64,000 bases of DNA from Heterodontus francisci (taxonomy: Eukaryota): assembly GCF_036365525.1 (NCBI RefSeq), contig NC_090375.1, positions 182,373,799 to 182,437,798 on the forward strand, written 5' to 3'. The position numbers and the translations under genes were made by a program. Below, one piece after another: positions 50,393 to 61,189 of the stretch (position 1 is its first letter; every line of letters begins with the position of its first letter). The notes beneath the pieces are model-generated. The model was not told where the DNA came from. It was given only the letters and a program-made list of their open reading frames with translations, and made no database searches.

Positions 50393-51139
50393 GTAAGTTA
50401 TATGTCCAACTATTCCTTCTCCCAAACTGGATGAAGGTGGAGTTTACAGAGAATCCCCTCCTGTCTTGTGAGCTATTCAGCATGGAAGCTCATTTTTGAA
50501 GTGACACTGTCTCTGTCACTTGTCTCATTTATGTTTCTGGTTGTTCTTTCTCCCACTGAAAGATAATCTTGCACAGTTAAAAAAAAAAATCAAATTGCAG
50601 ATTCCTTTCAGTTGATAATGTTTGGAATGTACAGAATTGGTTGAGTTTGCATTTATAAACTCCGAATCCTAAATGCTTCCTATGGTTGTTTCATGTCTTT
50701 GATCATGATTCAAATTGGCAACTATAATAATGTATAGAATATTTTATGCTTTATAAACAAACTTACTGAATATTTCCTTTACCTCCCCTGTCCCCAACCT
50801 TTACACTGACTTTGCCTAAAATAGTAAGGAACATTTTAACATTGACTAACTTTAAAAGTATTTTTCTGAATTTGATTAATATGAAAGGTATATTGCTGTA
50901 TTTTTCAAATGGAAATATCATTACTGGTTGACCCTGGTAAATTTTCATATGGACAATTCTGTGGATTATTAGGAACTGGACAGTGTGAAATCTACTCAAT
51001 CTAAGTAGTAAATGGGTTCACTAGGATAAATCTGATTATCTACATTGAGTTTTTTTTTTCCTGAAGTAGTTGTGGAACAGCAATCATCAAAGCAACTATT
51101 GTGCTGAGCTATAGACTCAGATTTGGATTGCTCCCTTAG

Positions 51140-51184
51140 ATTAATCCCAACTCTGAGAGCATACTTACTAGTTGCGATATCCAG
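51140..51184 (+). CDS. MTSS1: Candidate MTSS1 short exon C (45 nt, INPNSESILTSCDIQ, phase 0-0)
   Basis: TGCtcccttag acceptor, CAG|GTAAGC donor, open in the required frame. Confidence 0.5.
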
Positions 51185-51297
51185 GTAAGCTTTAGCATAA
51201 AAGGTTGTGCCCAGGTAACCAACAGTACAGCCTATTAAGTGATTTTAACTGTTGGAATTATTCTGTGCCTTCCTAGGATCCTTCTCCAATCTTCAGT

Positions 51298-52299
51298 TGT
51301 TATGAAATTACTTCCATTTTTTGTTCAATTTTTTTTGAGGACTTGGGTTTTAAAACTGAAGATTCCATAAATGCTGGACTTTCTTTTAAAAAAAAAAGAG
51401 TGCATTGGAAGGTCTTTTGGACTTGGTTTATAAACAACCCTTACTGGAAGTCACCTGTCTTCAGATAAGTACCCAGCGGGGGCTTTTTGACCTGGAGAGG
51501 ATGTTTACAGAGAAGTGACAGTTCAAGATTTATAGGGGTTAGGAGGCTTTACTCTTGAGGTATTGTTTTTGGTTTTGCTTTGGCCAGTGAGCTGGGGGTG
51601 TGGACAGTGCTTTGAAAGGAGTTTGAAAGTCAACCTTCCAAAGACAAAAACCCCCAACTCTGCCTTTTCAATCTTTTTGGAAAGGCTGCCAGCTTTTCCA
51701 TCTCTGTGAAAAAGCTCTGCATTTTCAGTGTGATAACCAAAACCCTTGATGCTGCATTCCTCTCAAAGGCCTGCCTGAAACCCCTGTTGCCGCATTTCTC
51801 CGGGAAAGCCTGCCAAACTGATCCTTGATCAGTTGATCGCTTGAAAAGAAATGTTCTAGGTAGATCCCATTGACAATCGTCTACGCGTATTTGGGACACC
51901 AGACCAAAAGGGACATCTTTCCGGTTTTTTTTTCCTTCAAGAATTAGCAAGTATTTGGCCAAAGTATTCTTTTCTGTCTTTTTTGTAACAAACCTCTGCA
52001 GAGAGAGAATTTCTGGGGTTTTTTTCAGTGTGAATTTGTGTGTGGGGAATTTAAAAAGGGAACTTTCATGTTTCAATCTGTGTGTTACTGCTTTGCTTCA
52101 TTATAGGATAAGTCTTGTTTTGATATATCAGATAATTTTGTTGGTTATTGAAGAAACCTGGTTAATGTATTTTATTCTGGGACAAAAATAGAGTCTGTGA
52201 TTGACCGTATTAACTGGGTAAACATTTAAATATAGGTTGTGACCTGCAGAAAAGTGGAACTAGAAACAACAGTGCACCACACCTGCCTCGGTCATAACA
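51298..52299 (+). mobile_element. Solo LTR (1002 bp) with 4-bp TSD
   Basis: Perfect terminal inverted repeat TGTTATGA ... TCATAACA with TSD CAGT on both sides. Confidence 0.85.
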
Positions 52300-52779
52300 C
52301 AGTCAACAGAAGAACATTACAACCTCAGATCTCATTTTTGGTTTAAATTATTAATTTAATATGAATATGTGAACCAGTGATGAAATAAATATATACCTTT
52401 TTACAATAAAAATCATTTTTTCTACCTCCTCCAAGTGAAATTAGCAAGGTTGCAAACTATTGCTAATTGTTCTTTTGTACAATACTTTTATATATACACT
52501 TTTTTTTGGGTTACTGCAGCAGGTAGTTAGTCTACTTCAATTTTCTGTAACGATTCAAATCAGTTCTACCCTCTTCTAAACTCCACATTCAGCTCTGTTC
52601 TTTTCAAATATCGCTGAAAACTGTTTTTGGGATCTCCTGCATTTTGAATAAATGTCGACTACTTTTGGAAATAAGTTGTTGCCATACATAGAACGAATTA
52701 TATTTTTCTGTTGGTTTGAAAGTGGTTTGTCTCTTCTTTCAGTCTTCTAGCTAACTGAACCAAACTTTGTCCTATTTTT

Positions 52780-53835
52780 GCCTCTGTCAGAAGGTTGTGG
52801 GTTCAGGTGCCCCCAAAGAGACTTGAGCACAAAATGCCAGCTGACACTTCAAGCTGAATTTTACCCCGACAGCGGGGGTACCGGCGACGGGCCAGAAGGC
52901 AGGAGGCAACCCCACCTCGGCCCTGTTTTGGACCACAGCCGAATTCCACGGGATCCTGCCTGCAAAAGCTGCCGGCCAATCAGAGGGCTGGCAGCTCAGT
53001 GGTACCGGCAGCAGTGGCTACTGCTGGTACTACAGGAGGCCTGGGACCAGGACTGGAGCCCCAGACCACAAGTAAGTGGGGCAGGTTTGCTGGGGCCAGT
53101 CCAACAGGCCTTGCCAATGGGGGCCCTGAGAGGGTGGTTCTTGAGAGCAAGGGTTGTTTGCGGAGGGGTAGCCTTTGCCGCCTGGGGCCCTCTATGGGTT
53201 GCTGATTGCCCATGGAGGACAGCACCCCCAGCCCACAAGGAGGCCTCCTTCCTTTACTGGGCAACTGCTCTACGTGGCAGAGGCACATCCCACTGCTTGT
53301 AAAATACCAGTGGCAGTGGGAAGGGGCCCTTAAGCGGCCATTAATTGGCTACTTAAGGGCCTCAATTGGTCTCTGGGTGGGAAGACGGTCCTCGGCCATC
53401 CTCGACCCCAGACTAAATGCCGGCATTGGGAAGGCGACAGGCACTCTGCCCCCTGCCTTCTGACTCAATTTTATGGTCCCCCACTGCCTCCATTCCCGTC
53501 CCTAGGGGGCTCCATAAAATTCAGCCCTCTACTGCAGTACTGAGGCAGTGCTGTTGGAGGTACCATCTGCTGGTTGAGATGTTAAACTGAAGTTCCATCT
53601 GCCCACCCAGATGGACGGAATAGATCCGATGGCACTATTCTGAAGAAGAGCAGGGGAGTGTTTGTTGGTATTCTGGCCAATATTTATCCCTCAACCAACA
53701 TCATTAAAACAGATTATCTGGTCATTATCTCATTGTTGTGTGTGGGACCTTTGTGTGTGCAAATTGCTGCCCTGTATCCTACATTACAACAGTGACTACA
53801 CTTCAAAATTAACTGACTGTAAAGTGCTTTAGAAC
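52780..53835 (+). mobile_element. Deu-domain SINE interrupted by a Harbinger-type MITE (52851-53527)
   Basis: tRNA-like head at about 52780-52850 and Deu core CAGATTATCTGGTCATTATCTCATTG..CCTACATTACAACAGTGACTACACTTCAAAA. MITE ends AGCTGAATTTTA / TAAAATTCAGCCC. Confidence 0.75.
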
Positions 53836-54734
53836 ATTGTCGTCTTCTAAGTGGGACTTGTCACCTTTCTTACAAGTCTCTATCTTGCTGGGAGTTGACT
53901 ACTTAGCTAAAAGTCTAAGATAAAATACTTTCTCCCAGCATTATTTTCTAATGCTACAAGGGAGAAGCCTCCTGTGTCAGGATATTTTGATGGAATTCTG
54001 TCCTGAAACCATGAAATGCATTCCTACGTAGCAATGTCTCATTTTTATTTAATGGAAACTCAACACTCCAATCCCCCCCGATCTGCTAGATTAATTGATG
54101 CCAGCTGATTGCCAGAGGACCTCAGTTCTTCTCGCAGGTGCCTTTCCGTACTGAATTTGCTGTAGTTTAGGTGCACAGCGATTTGAACCCATACCTCGCT
54201 GGCTGGCTAATTCAAGCTTTCACCTGGAACTCAGCCAAGCAAGAGGTCTGGGGAGTAATCGTGGTTGGTCTTTTTGGCCAATCATGAAAATTTGCAGTCA
54301 AACCCCACGCAATGCCCTGTGCCTCTGTGTTGTTAGCTTGTCTCAGTTGATCGCATTGTCACTCTGAATCAAGCCCTAACTTTATGCAGCAAGTCTAATT
54401 TGTACTTGCAGCACAAATCCAGCAATTTCCAAAAACCCATGGGATCAACAGGAAGATCTCATTTTTGCAAGGCAAATGACCGCAAATCATCCAGCAATTT
54501 GCAACTCATAGCTGATCTCTTTGCCACAACTTGCTGGTTTTTTTTACACACAAATAACAACATGCGCATCAAAGTCACCATTATTTTCCCTGCCAATTCT
54601 GGGACTTTGTCACATTTCGCCAGCATACATTCTATTTATCTCCACACTCTGTCTCCTACCTCCCCACTAATTTTCAAGCCATATCCTAAAGTTGCCTCCA
54701 ATTCCATACGCTCTCATTCTGGCTAATAATCTCT

Positions 54735-54995
54735 TTTGTATGAATCTTATCAAAAGCCTTAAGGAAATCCATATATACAAAAGCCATAGATACTCTCCTG
54801 TCCACCTTGCAGTGAAGACCTCCTCAAAAAAAATTTAATTGGATTAGTCAGACATGACCTACCCTTCACAAATCCACACTGACTTTATTTGATTGGCTCA
54901 TACTTGTTCAAATATTGTCATTCTGTCCCTAATGGATACCAGTAACTTATCTACAACTGGCATTCAACTGACAGGTCTGTAGTTTGCTGGTTCCC
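54735..54995 (-). mobile_element. Degenerate CR1 RT fragment
   Basis: Reverse strand reads NYRPVS, SQCGFVKGRSCLTN and YMDFLKAFDKI. Confidence 0.6.
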
Positions 54996-55112
54996 CCTCC
55001 CTCCTGTCTAAAAAGTGCAAAACGATTTTTGAATTTTTTTTTAATTACTGCATTGTGTAAGTCTGGGTTTAGGAAATGGTTCACTTTATTGGTTACAGAC
55101 AATTTAATAATG

Positions 55113-56170
55113 TACTAGCAGAGACCTGCAGAGCATTTTGGGTCAACTTTGTATACTTAACCAATTCCATCATCTCCTCCCCACCCTCCCATACCATCCC
55201 CATCACATGCCATTCCCTCCTTCCCAAGAAACCTCTCCGATGCGATCCCCGCCCTCCCACTTCTCCCATGCCATTCAACCCATCCTGTCCCACCTCCCCC
55301 CATGCCTCCCACTTCTCTGCCATCCCCATCGCATGCCATTCCATCCCTCCCATTTGTTTCCTCCTATGCCACCTTTCCCATGCCATCCTTCTTCCATTCC
55401 ATGCCATCCCCTCCCTCCATTCCATGCCATCCCCTCCCTCCATTCCTCCCATGCCATCCCAAACCTATGCCATGCCCATCCCCCATTTCATCTCCCTTCA
55501 CCTCCCCCACCCCATGCCATGTTATCCTCACCTTCCATGCTGTTCTCCCATCCGCAGTGTCGTCATCTCTCCCTCGTCGTGCAATCCCCCTCCCCCCACC
55601 CCACTGTCCTCTGTCTCTCCAGCCAGGGTAACTTTGTTGTTGGGCTCCCTTTACTTCCTGCTGTTTTTTCCTCCACCAAACAGCTCCATACTGCCACCAA
55701 CGTCCCTCCCATGCTGTTGCCCCGTCTCCCCCCCGCCCCCAATCCCTCCAGCCAGGATAACCTTGTTGGGCTCCCTTTACTTTCTGCTTTTTTTTCCTCC
55801 ACCAAACAACTCCATACTGCCACTAACATCCCTCCCATGCTGTTCTGCCCCTCCCCCCCCCCCCCCTCCCCACCCGCCTCAAATCCCTCCAGCCAGGATA
55901 ACTTTGTTCTTGGGCTCCCCTTACCTTCCACTGTTCTTTTTCTCCACAAACTCCCATTTCACCACTGCTACCAACTGTTGGCACATGTGTCACACGCTCC
56001 AGTCCTCCACGTGCCTGTGTGTGTGCCAGGCTCCACCCACCAAATCAACCCACTGACTGGTCAGAAAAATGCAGACAAAAATTACATGTTAATATCGATT
56101 TTAATTTAAACATGTGATACATTTGGCAAAATGCCCCAAATTGGTGATTGTTTGAAACTTGGCACAATCC
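55113..56170 (-). mobile_element. Non-autonomous element with a CCATG/CCATC tract and three imperfect 130-140 bp tandem units, possibly a Helitron
   Basis: Same left boundary as 26846. Units CCAGCCAGG(G/A)TAAC.TTGTT..GGGCTCCC at about 55619, 55748 and 55889. Right edge uncertain. Confidence 0.45.
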
Positions 56171-56591
56171 CTGGGGGGGGGGGGGGGTGGTCAGGATGAA
56201 AAAAGAATATTTAAAGGTTCACCTCCTGAATCTGACCTGATCTCCCAGATCGCTGAATGATGCACATGAGCAGCCTGGAAATGGCATTTCCTGTGATGGA
56301 GTGCATCACCTCTGTTGATCAGCTTCTCACAGTAAAGACCTGGGGATTACAGGCAAAAATTTGTTCTATTTGTTGCAATGCATTCACTGCCCCATTGCAA
56401 AATTAGAAAATCCTCCTATTTCCCTTCCCCGCATCCAACTTTGCCAACCTCTCTGATTTTCCCCATCTTGCTCTTTAGTCAGACAATAGGAGGTTGCTTT
56501 CTTACCAGCTATTCTCCCTAGAAGGAAATTTGTTCTGATCAAGAGCACACCTTGAGGATTTGTGGATATGGGCTCATGTCTCACCACTCCA

Positions 56592-56811
56592 GGCACGAGG
56601 GACTTCAGTTACATGGAGAGACTACAGAAGCTGGAGTTATTCACCTTAGAAGAGAGAGGATTATGGAGATATTTAATAGGGGTGTTCAAAATTATGAAGA
56701 GTTCTGATGAGCTAACTGAAGAGAAACTGTTTCCACTGGCAGAAGGGTTGGTAACCAGAGGATGCAGATTTATGATAGTTGGCAAAAGAACCAGAGGGGC
56801 AAGGGGGAGAC
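56592..56811 (+). repeat. Internal CR1 segment flanked by a 24-bp direct repeat; inverted copy of about 57885-58103
   Basis: ATGGGCTCATGTCTCACCACTCCA at 56568-56591 and 56812-56835. Confidence 0.85.
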
Positions 56812-57281
56812 ATGGGCTCATGTCTCACCACTCCAAGACAGCACAGCCTACCAGCAATAGTTTTATGAAGAAGTATTCTCACTAGTTGTACCTTCATGTC
56901 TGATGGAAGTCACAACTAAATTTAATTCCATGATGAATGCACTGTTTTACTTGTTTGGTTCTTTGCTTGTGACACTATAATTCTTCACCTCATTCCAAAA
57001 TAAGATGCAACTCTTTACTGCTTTAAAAGCAACCTAATTGTTTGAATGAATTGTATTTCTTAAGCTAATGCCTGTGCAGTTTTAAAATTTCTTCTGTGAG
57101 TTATGCTTTAACTTATTTGAGGCAGGGACAAGGTTCATGACATTGAGATTGTTTGACTTAGTTGGTCAAAGGACAGGCCTTTTTTATGCTGCTGCTTATT
57201 GTGCCTTATTTCCCTATTAAGGCCTCTAACATACTTCTAAATCCTTCTGTAATGTTGTGCTGTTCCTTTTTGCTCTCTTAG

Positions 57282-57312
57282 GAGAAATTCTCAGCATCCC
57301 TCACTGAAATTG
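57282..57312 (+). CDS. MTSS1: Candidate MTSS1 microexon D (31 nt, EKFSASLTEI, phase 0 to 1)
   Basis: Long pyrimidine tract ending TGCtctcttag, weaker TTG|GTATAA donor. Restores phase 1 for the 12-nt microexon. Confidence 0.5.
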
Positions 57313-57669
57313 GTATAAGTCACTAAAAGTAATAAACTGATTCTAGTGTGGCTCAGGTAACCTACTTCCAAACAGAGATTCCTGAATCTCTCTTAGTGCA
57401 AGGGGAAGAAGGAACAGCATTATTTCATGTAAATAGTGACATGGAGAAGTGGAAACAGCATTATTTTATGGAAATGGCGAGCAAGGCCAAGGCATAAATC
57501 GCTAAGATTTTGATGTTCCCCATTCCAATTAATTTTCAGGGTCCAATTACCCTTTTTGTTGCTGGCCACCAAGAGACAAGTTTACTGCAGCCCAGAAGTG
57601 GCTTTGCAAAAGGGCACTCTATTTGAGTCTTGGAATTAATTGGCGGGGAAAATGTAACTAGACCAAGTT

Positions 57670-58220
57670 AGAATTATACAGCCATTCAACTGATTGTGCC
57701 TGTGCTGGCTCTTTGAAATAGATGTCCAATTAGTCTCACTCTCCTCTTTCTCCATGGCCCTGTAAAAGTTTTCTTTTCAAAGTATATATCCAGTACCCTT
57801 TGGAAAGTCTAGTATTGAATCTGCTTCCACCATCCTTTCTGGTAGTGAATTCCAGATTTTAACTCTCTGCTTAAATTTTTTTGCTCCTCCTTGCCCCTCT
57901 GGTTCTTCTGCCGACTATCATAAATCTGCAACCTCTGGTTACCAACCCTTCTGCCAGTGTAAACAGTTTTGCTTCAGTTATCCCATCAGAACTCTTCATA
58001 ATTTTGAACACCCCTATTAAATATCTCCATAACCTTCTCTGTTCTGAGGTGAATAACTCCAGCTTCTGTAGTCTCTCCATGTAACTGAAGTCCCTCGTGC
58101 CTGGTACCATTCTAGTAAATCTGCTCTGCACTTTATCCACAGCCTTGATACCTTCAGAAAGTGTGGTGTCTGAAATGCTCCAGCTAAGGACTAACCAGTG
58201 ATTTTGAAGGTTTAGCATAA
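57670..58220 (-). mobile_element. CR1 3' fragment
   Basis: KVQSRFTRMVPGTRDFSYMERLQKLELF and a 3'UTR. Confidence 0.85.
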
Positions 58221-59339
58221 CTTACATATGAGCTTTTAAAAATAATTCTCAGTTGATGAGTAAGAATTGTAAAGTATAGCTGGAAAAAAAGATATTTGGC
58301 ATTAGACCATTTATTTTCTACAGTTCTATATTTCCTAATCTTTTTGGGGGGAATTTTGTGTTTTTTAATTAGCTGTTGCAACTCTAGTATTGTACTGATA
58401 TAAATTTAATTTTTTTAAACTTTAGATTTTTTAAAGTCTTTCTATAAATTTGAGAGGGTAAATTGATAACTGGTGTCTGTGGTACTGAAAAGTTAACTTG
58501 TATGCTTGTATGAGTATATGGTCATATGAAATATCCTTTCATTTGCAAGCAAATGATCGACATTATTTACATTAATTTGTTTGCATTACCTCCTTGTGCA
58601 TTTACATCAAAACTCAAACTGAACAAGTTGACCAAAAAAGTTGTGTGTGTAAATGGCTATAAAGTGAATTTTTACTTTTATTTTAAATTCAGCCCCTTAA
58701 AATCCACTATTTGACACAATAGTGTTGAAATAAATTTCCATCAACTTTTGTAATTTTCTGCTTTGCAAATTTTAAACTGTTAATAGGATAAGCAGGTGAC
58801 ATAATTTAACTGTAAATTAGGCTTATTGCAAATTGTGATTTGTGTCTTGTTATGGTGGTAATATATCTTTAATTTTATCTTGTTAACACGTTGCATATAA
58901 TTTTCCTTCATTCACTCCTACCTTTTTAAATTAATGTCCCCAAACTGTTGGCATCAGTAGTTGTTCATAAAGATGTTTATGGCAAAAAGACTGGACTGAA
59001 GTGCCACAAGTGGATATGTCACTTACACAATGCAAACATAAGTTTGATTGACAATATGATTGCGCTCGCTATTAACTGTAAGTTATCAGATTGTAAACTG
59101 ATATGCAATGAGTGACTGACTTCCAACCTTATAGAACCGTATTATCAAGCACATAAATATAACTTGGGTGAGCAATATTATCTTGTAGTTCTGTTGAAAT
59201 GAAATATGAGTTTGCATATACATGTATGATTTGGCACAGAACTAGATACTGATATTGTGCATAACACCATGAAGATTAGATTGACTTAATATTTTTTCCT
59301 TTTTGTATCAAATTTTGCTGTGCCATATCTTCCTGCTAG

Positions 59340-59351
59340 CTGATGTTTTTG
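59340..59351 (+). CDS. MTSS1: MTSS1 12-nt microexon (ADVF), counterpart of the 4-aa IMD insert exon of mammalian MIM
   Basis: gacttaat branch-like site, long pyrimidine tract with TGC motifs, ctag|CTGATGTTTTTG|gtaagt. Phase 1-1. Size, phase and position match the known insert between KKAKK and GRGD. Confidence 0.8.
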
Positions 59352-60899
59352 GTAAGTTGAGCTCTACCCTGCTGGCTGGTGGTTAAACCTTTTTGTGGGA
59401 TCCATGTGCATAAATGGTATTCACCAGTAACTGCCAGTCCGTTTCTTCCCTTTGCCTCTCACCTTTTCTCCCCTCCTCCCACTATGAAGAAGCCTTTGAC
59501 TATCTCAGTGTTTCAATGCTGGTGCCTTTGTTCTGAAATGAATAAAGAAGTGGCACACTGTGCAATATATGTTCTGTTGTGCCATATTTAGAGGTAAATC
59601 TGATGCAGTGAAATAAGTACCTGAAACTATTGACTAGAAAACAGTTGCATTGTAGCAATACTTATTTGAAATTTAATCTTCTGAATGTTGGGTACTTTTG
59701 GGATTAAACAGCAACAGAAGTTTTACATTTAATATGCCAAAATGCCATTAATACAAAATGTAAAGGATTATGATGGTGAAAGATTTGACTTGCTCTATGG
59801 ATTTTATGATGACAGAAGTTGAAAATGTGATGTGTTCAAGGAGGAATTTAGTAAAACTCAAAGGCATTTTATTTTATTTGAGTATGATGCTTTTTTAAAG
59901 AGTTAAAAACTTATATCCATATTCACAAGCACATAACAGTTATAAATATAACCTATAAATGTGATTTAATCAACCATTAGACTGCTGTAACTCGTATGCA
60001 TACCACTAACTGCTTGATCATTTTAATGTAAGTTCTTGACAAATGAGACATCAGTAAGCAAAAACCTTTGATTCAACTTTTTGGTATAAATGTACTACTT
60101 TAGATTTTTCAAGCTATAAATTGTACAGTACTGTTGTTTAATCTTATGTTTAAATGTGGCTATGTCCACTTCAAAGTTGTATTCTTACTACTACAAGACC
60201 TTGGTCATTCTGAGTTCAGCAGGGAGTCTTGTCTACTAGAAGGATACCTCTGAAATTCAGGTGTACACTATTATGATTTTGTGACCATTAAGTGAACTCC
60301 TGAATTTCCAGTGTGCTCTTCTGGCAAGCAAGGCTTCCAAAGATTTTGTAATTTTATGCACCCATCTCCTCCACATTCCCATGTCTTTGGGAAAGATTTG
60401 GGAGCCATCTCCTAGAGTCATAGAGTCATCGGCCCCTAATTGACAAACCTTCCCTCTATCCAACTTTTCTCAAAGGGAATTGGGGAGTAATAGGCCTCTT
60501 AAAGGGAACTTCCGCTTTGTGAAATTAGCACATTCTTGCTACAGTGAGAGAGGTATGAGCCTAAAAGCTTTTCAAGAGTCAGCAATCTGATTTCAGGGAA
60601 GAAAATAGTTGTATGTGTGGTTGGTATGCTGCCACCTTAATATGCTTAGTTAGTCTAGCTTAGAGAGATTCCTTAGTCTTGAGTAATTAGAACTGTAACC
60701 TTTTTTACATTATCACTATGTACAGCTTCACACCAGCTTATGGAACTCCTCTGAAACCACGCTGCATCTCCAAGTCTCTCTCTCATGTGATCTCTTACAT
60801 TATCATGGTAGGAGATATTCTTTACATTTTCTCAAAATTAACCCTTTCAGACCCTTATACTACATCTCCCCCAGGTCTTTATCCAAATATATATATTTA

Positions 60900-61130
60900 T
60901 ATACGAACATACGAATTAGGAGCAGGAGTAGGCCACTCGGCCCCTCGAGCTTGCTCTGCCATTCAATAAGATCATTGCTGATCTGATTGTAACCTCAACT
61001 CCACATTCCTGCCTACCCCAATAATCTTTCACCCCCCCCCCCCCCCCCCTTGCTTACCAAGAATCAATCTATCTATCTATCTATCTCTGTCTGCCTTAGA
61101 AATATTCAAAGAATCTGCTTCCACTGCCTA
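60900..61130 (-). mobile_element. CR1 3' end fragment
   Basis: Matches the CR1 tails at 35945 and 42293. Confidence 0.8.
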
Positions 61131-61189
61131 CCATTCACTGATGTTTTTACATACTACCTCATCTCCCCCCAAGTTTCTGACATCATAGA

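Noticed and set aside
52520-52522. 3-nt cag|CAG|gtagtt candidate microexon
   Set aside because: Frame-compatible, but the donor is weak and such a short match is expected by chance.
55076-56109. 326-aa and 323-aa Pro-rich ORFs
   Set aside because: Low-complexity repeat translations with no domain signal.
57282-57356. Longer form of exon D using the CAG|GTAACC donor at 57356
   Set aside because: Contains an in-frame TAA, so it could only be a poison variant. Nothing else supports it.
58787-58795. 9-nt ag|GATAAGCAG|gtgaca candidate microexon
   Set aside because: Weak donor, and it gives a stop (G GA TAA) in the phase-1 context at that position.
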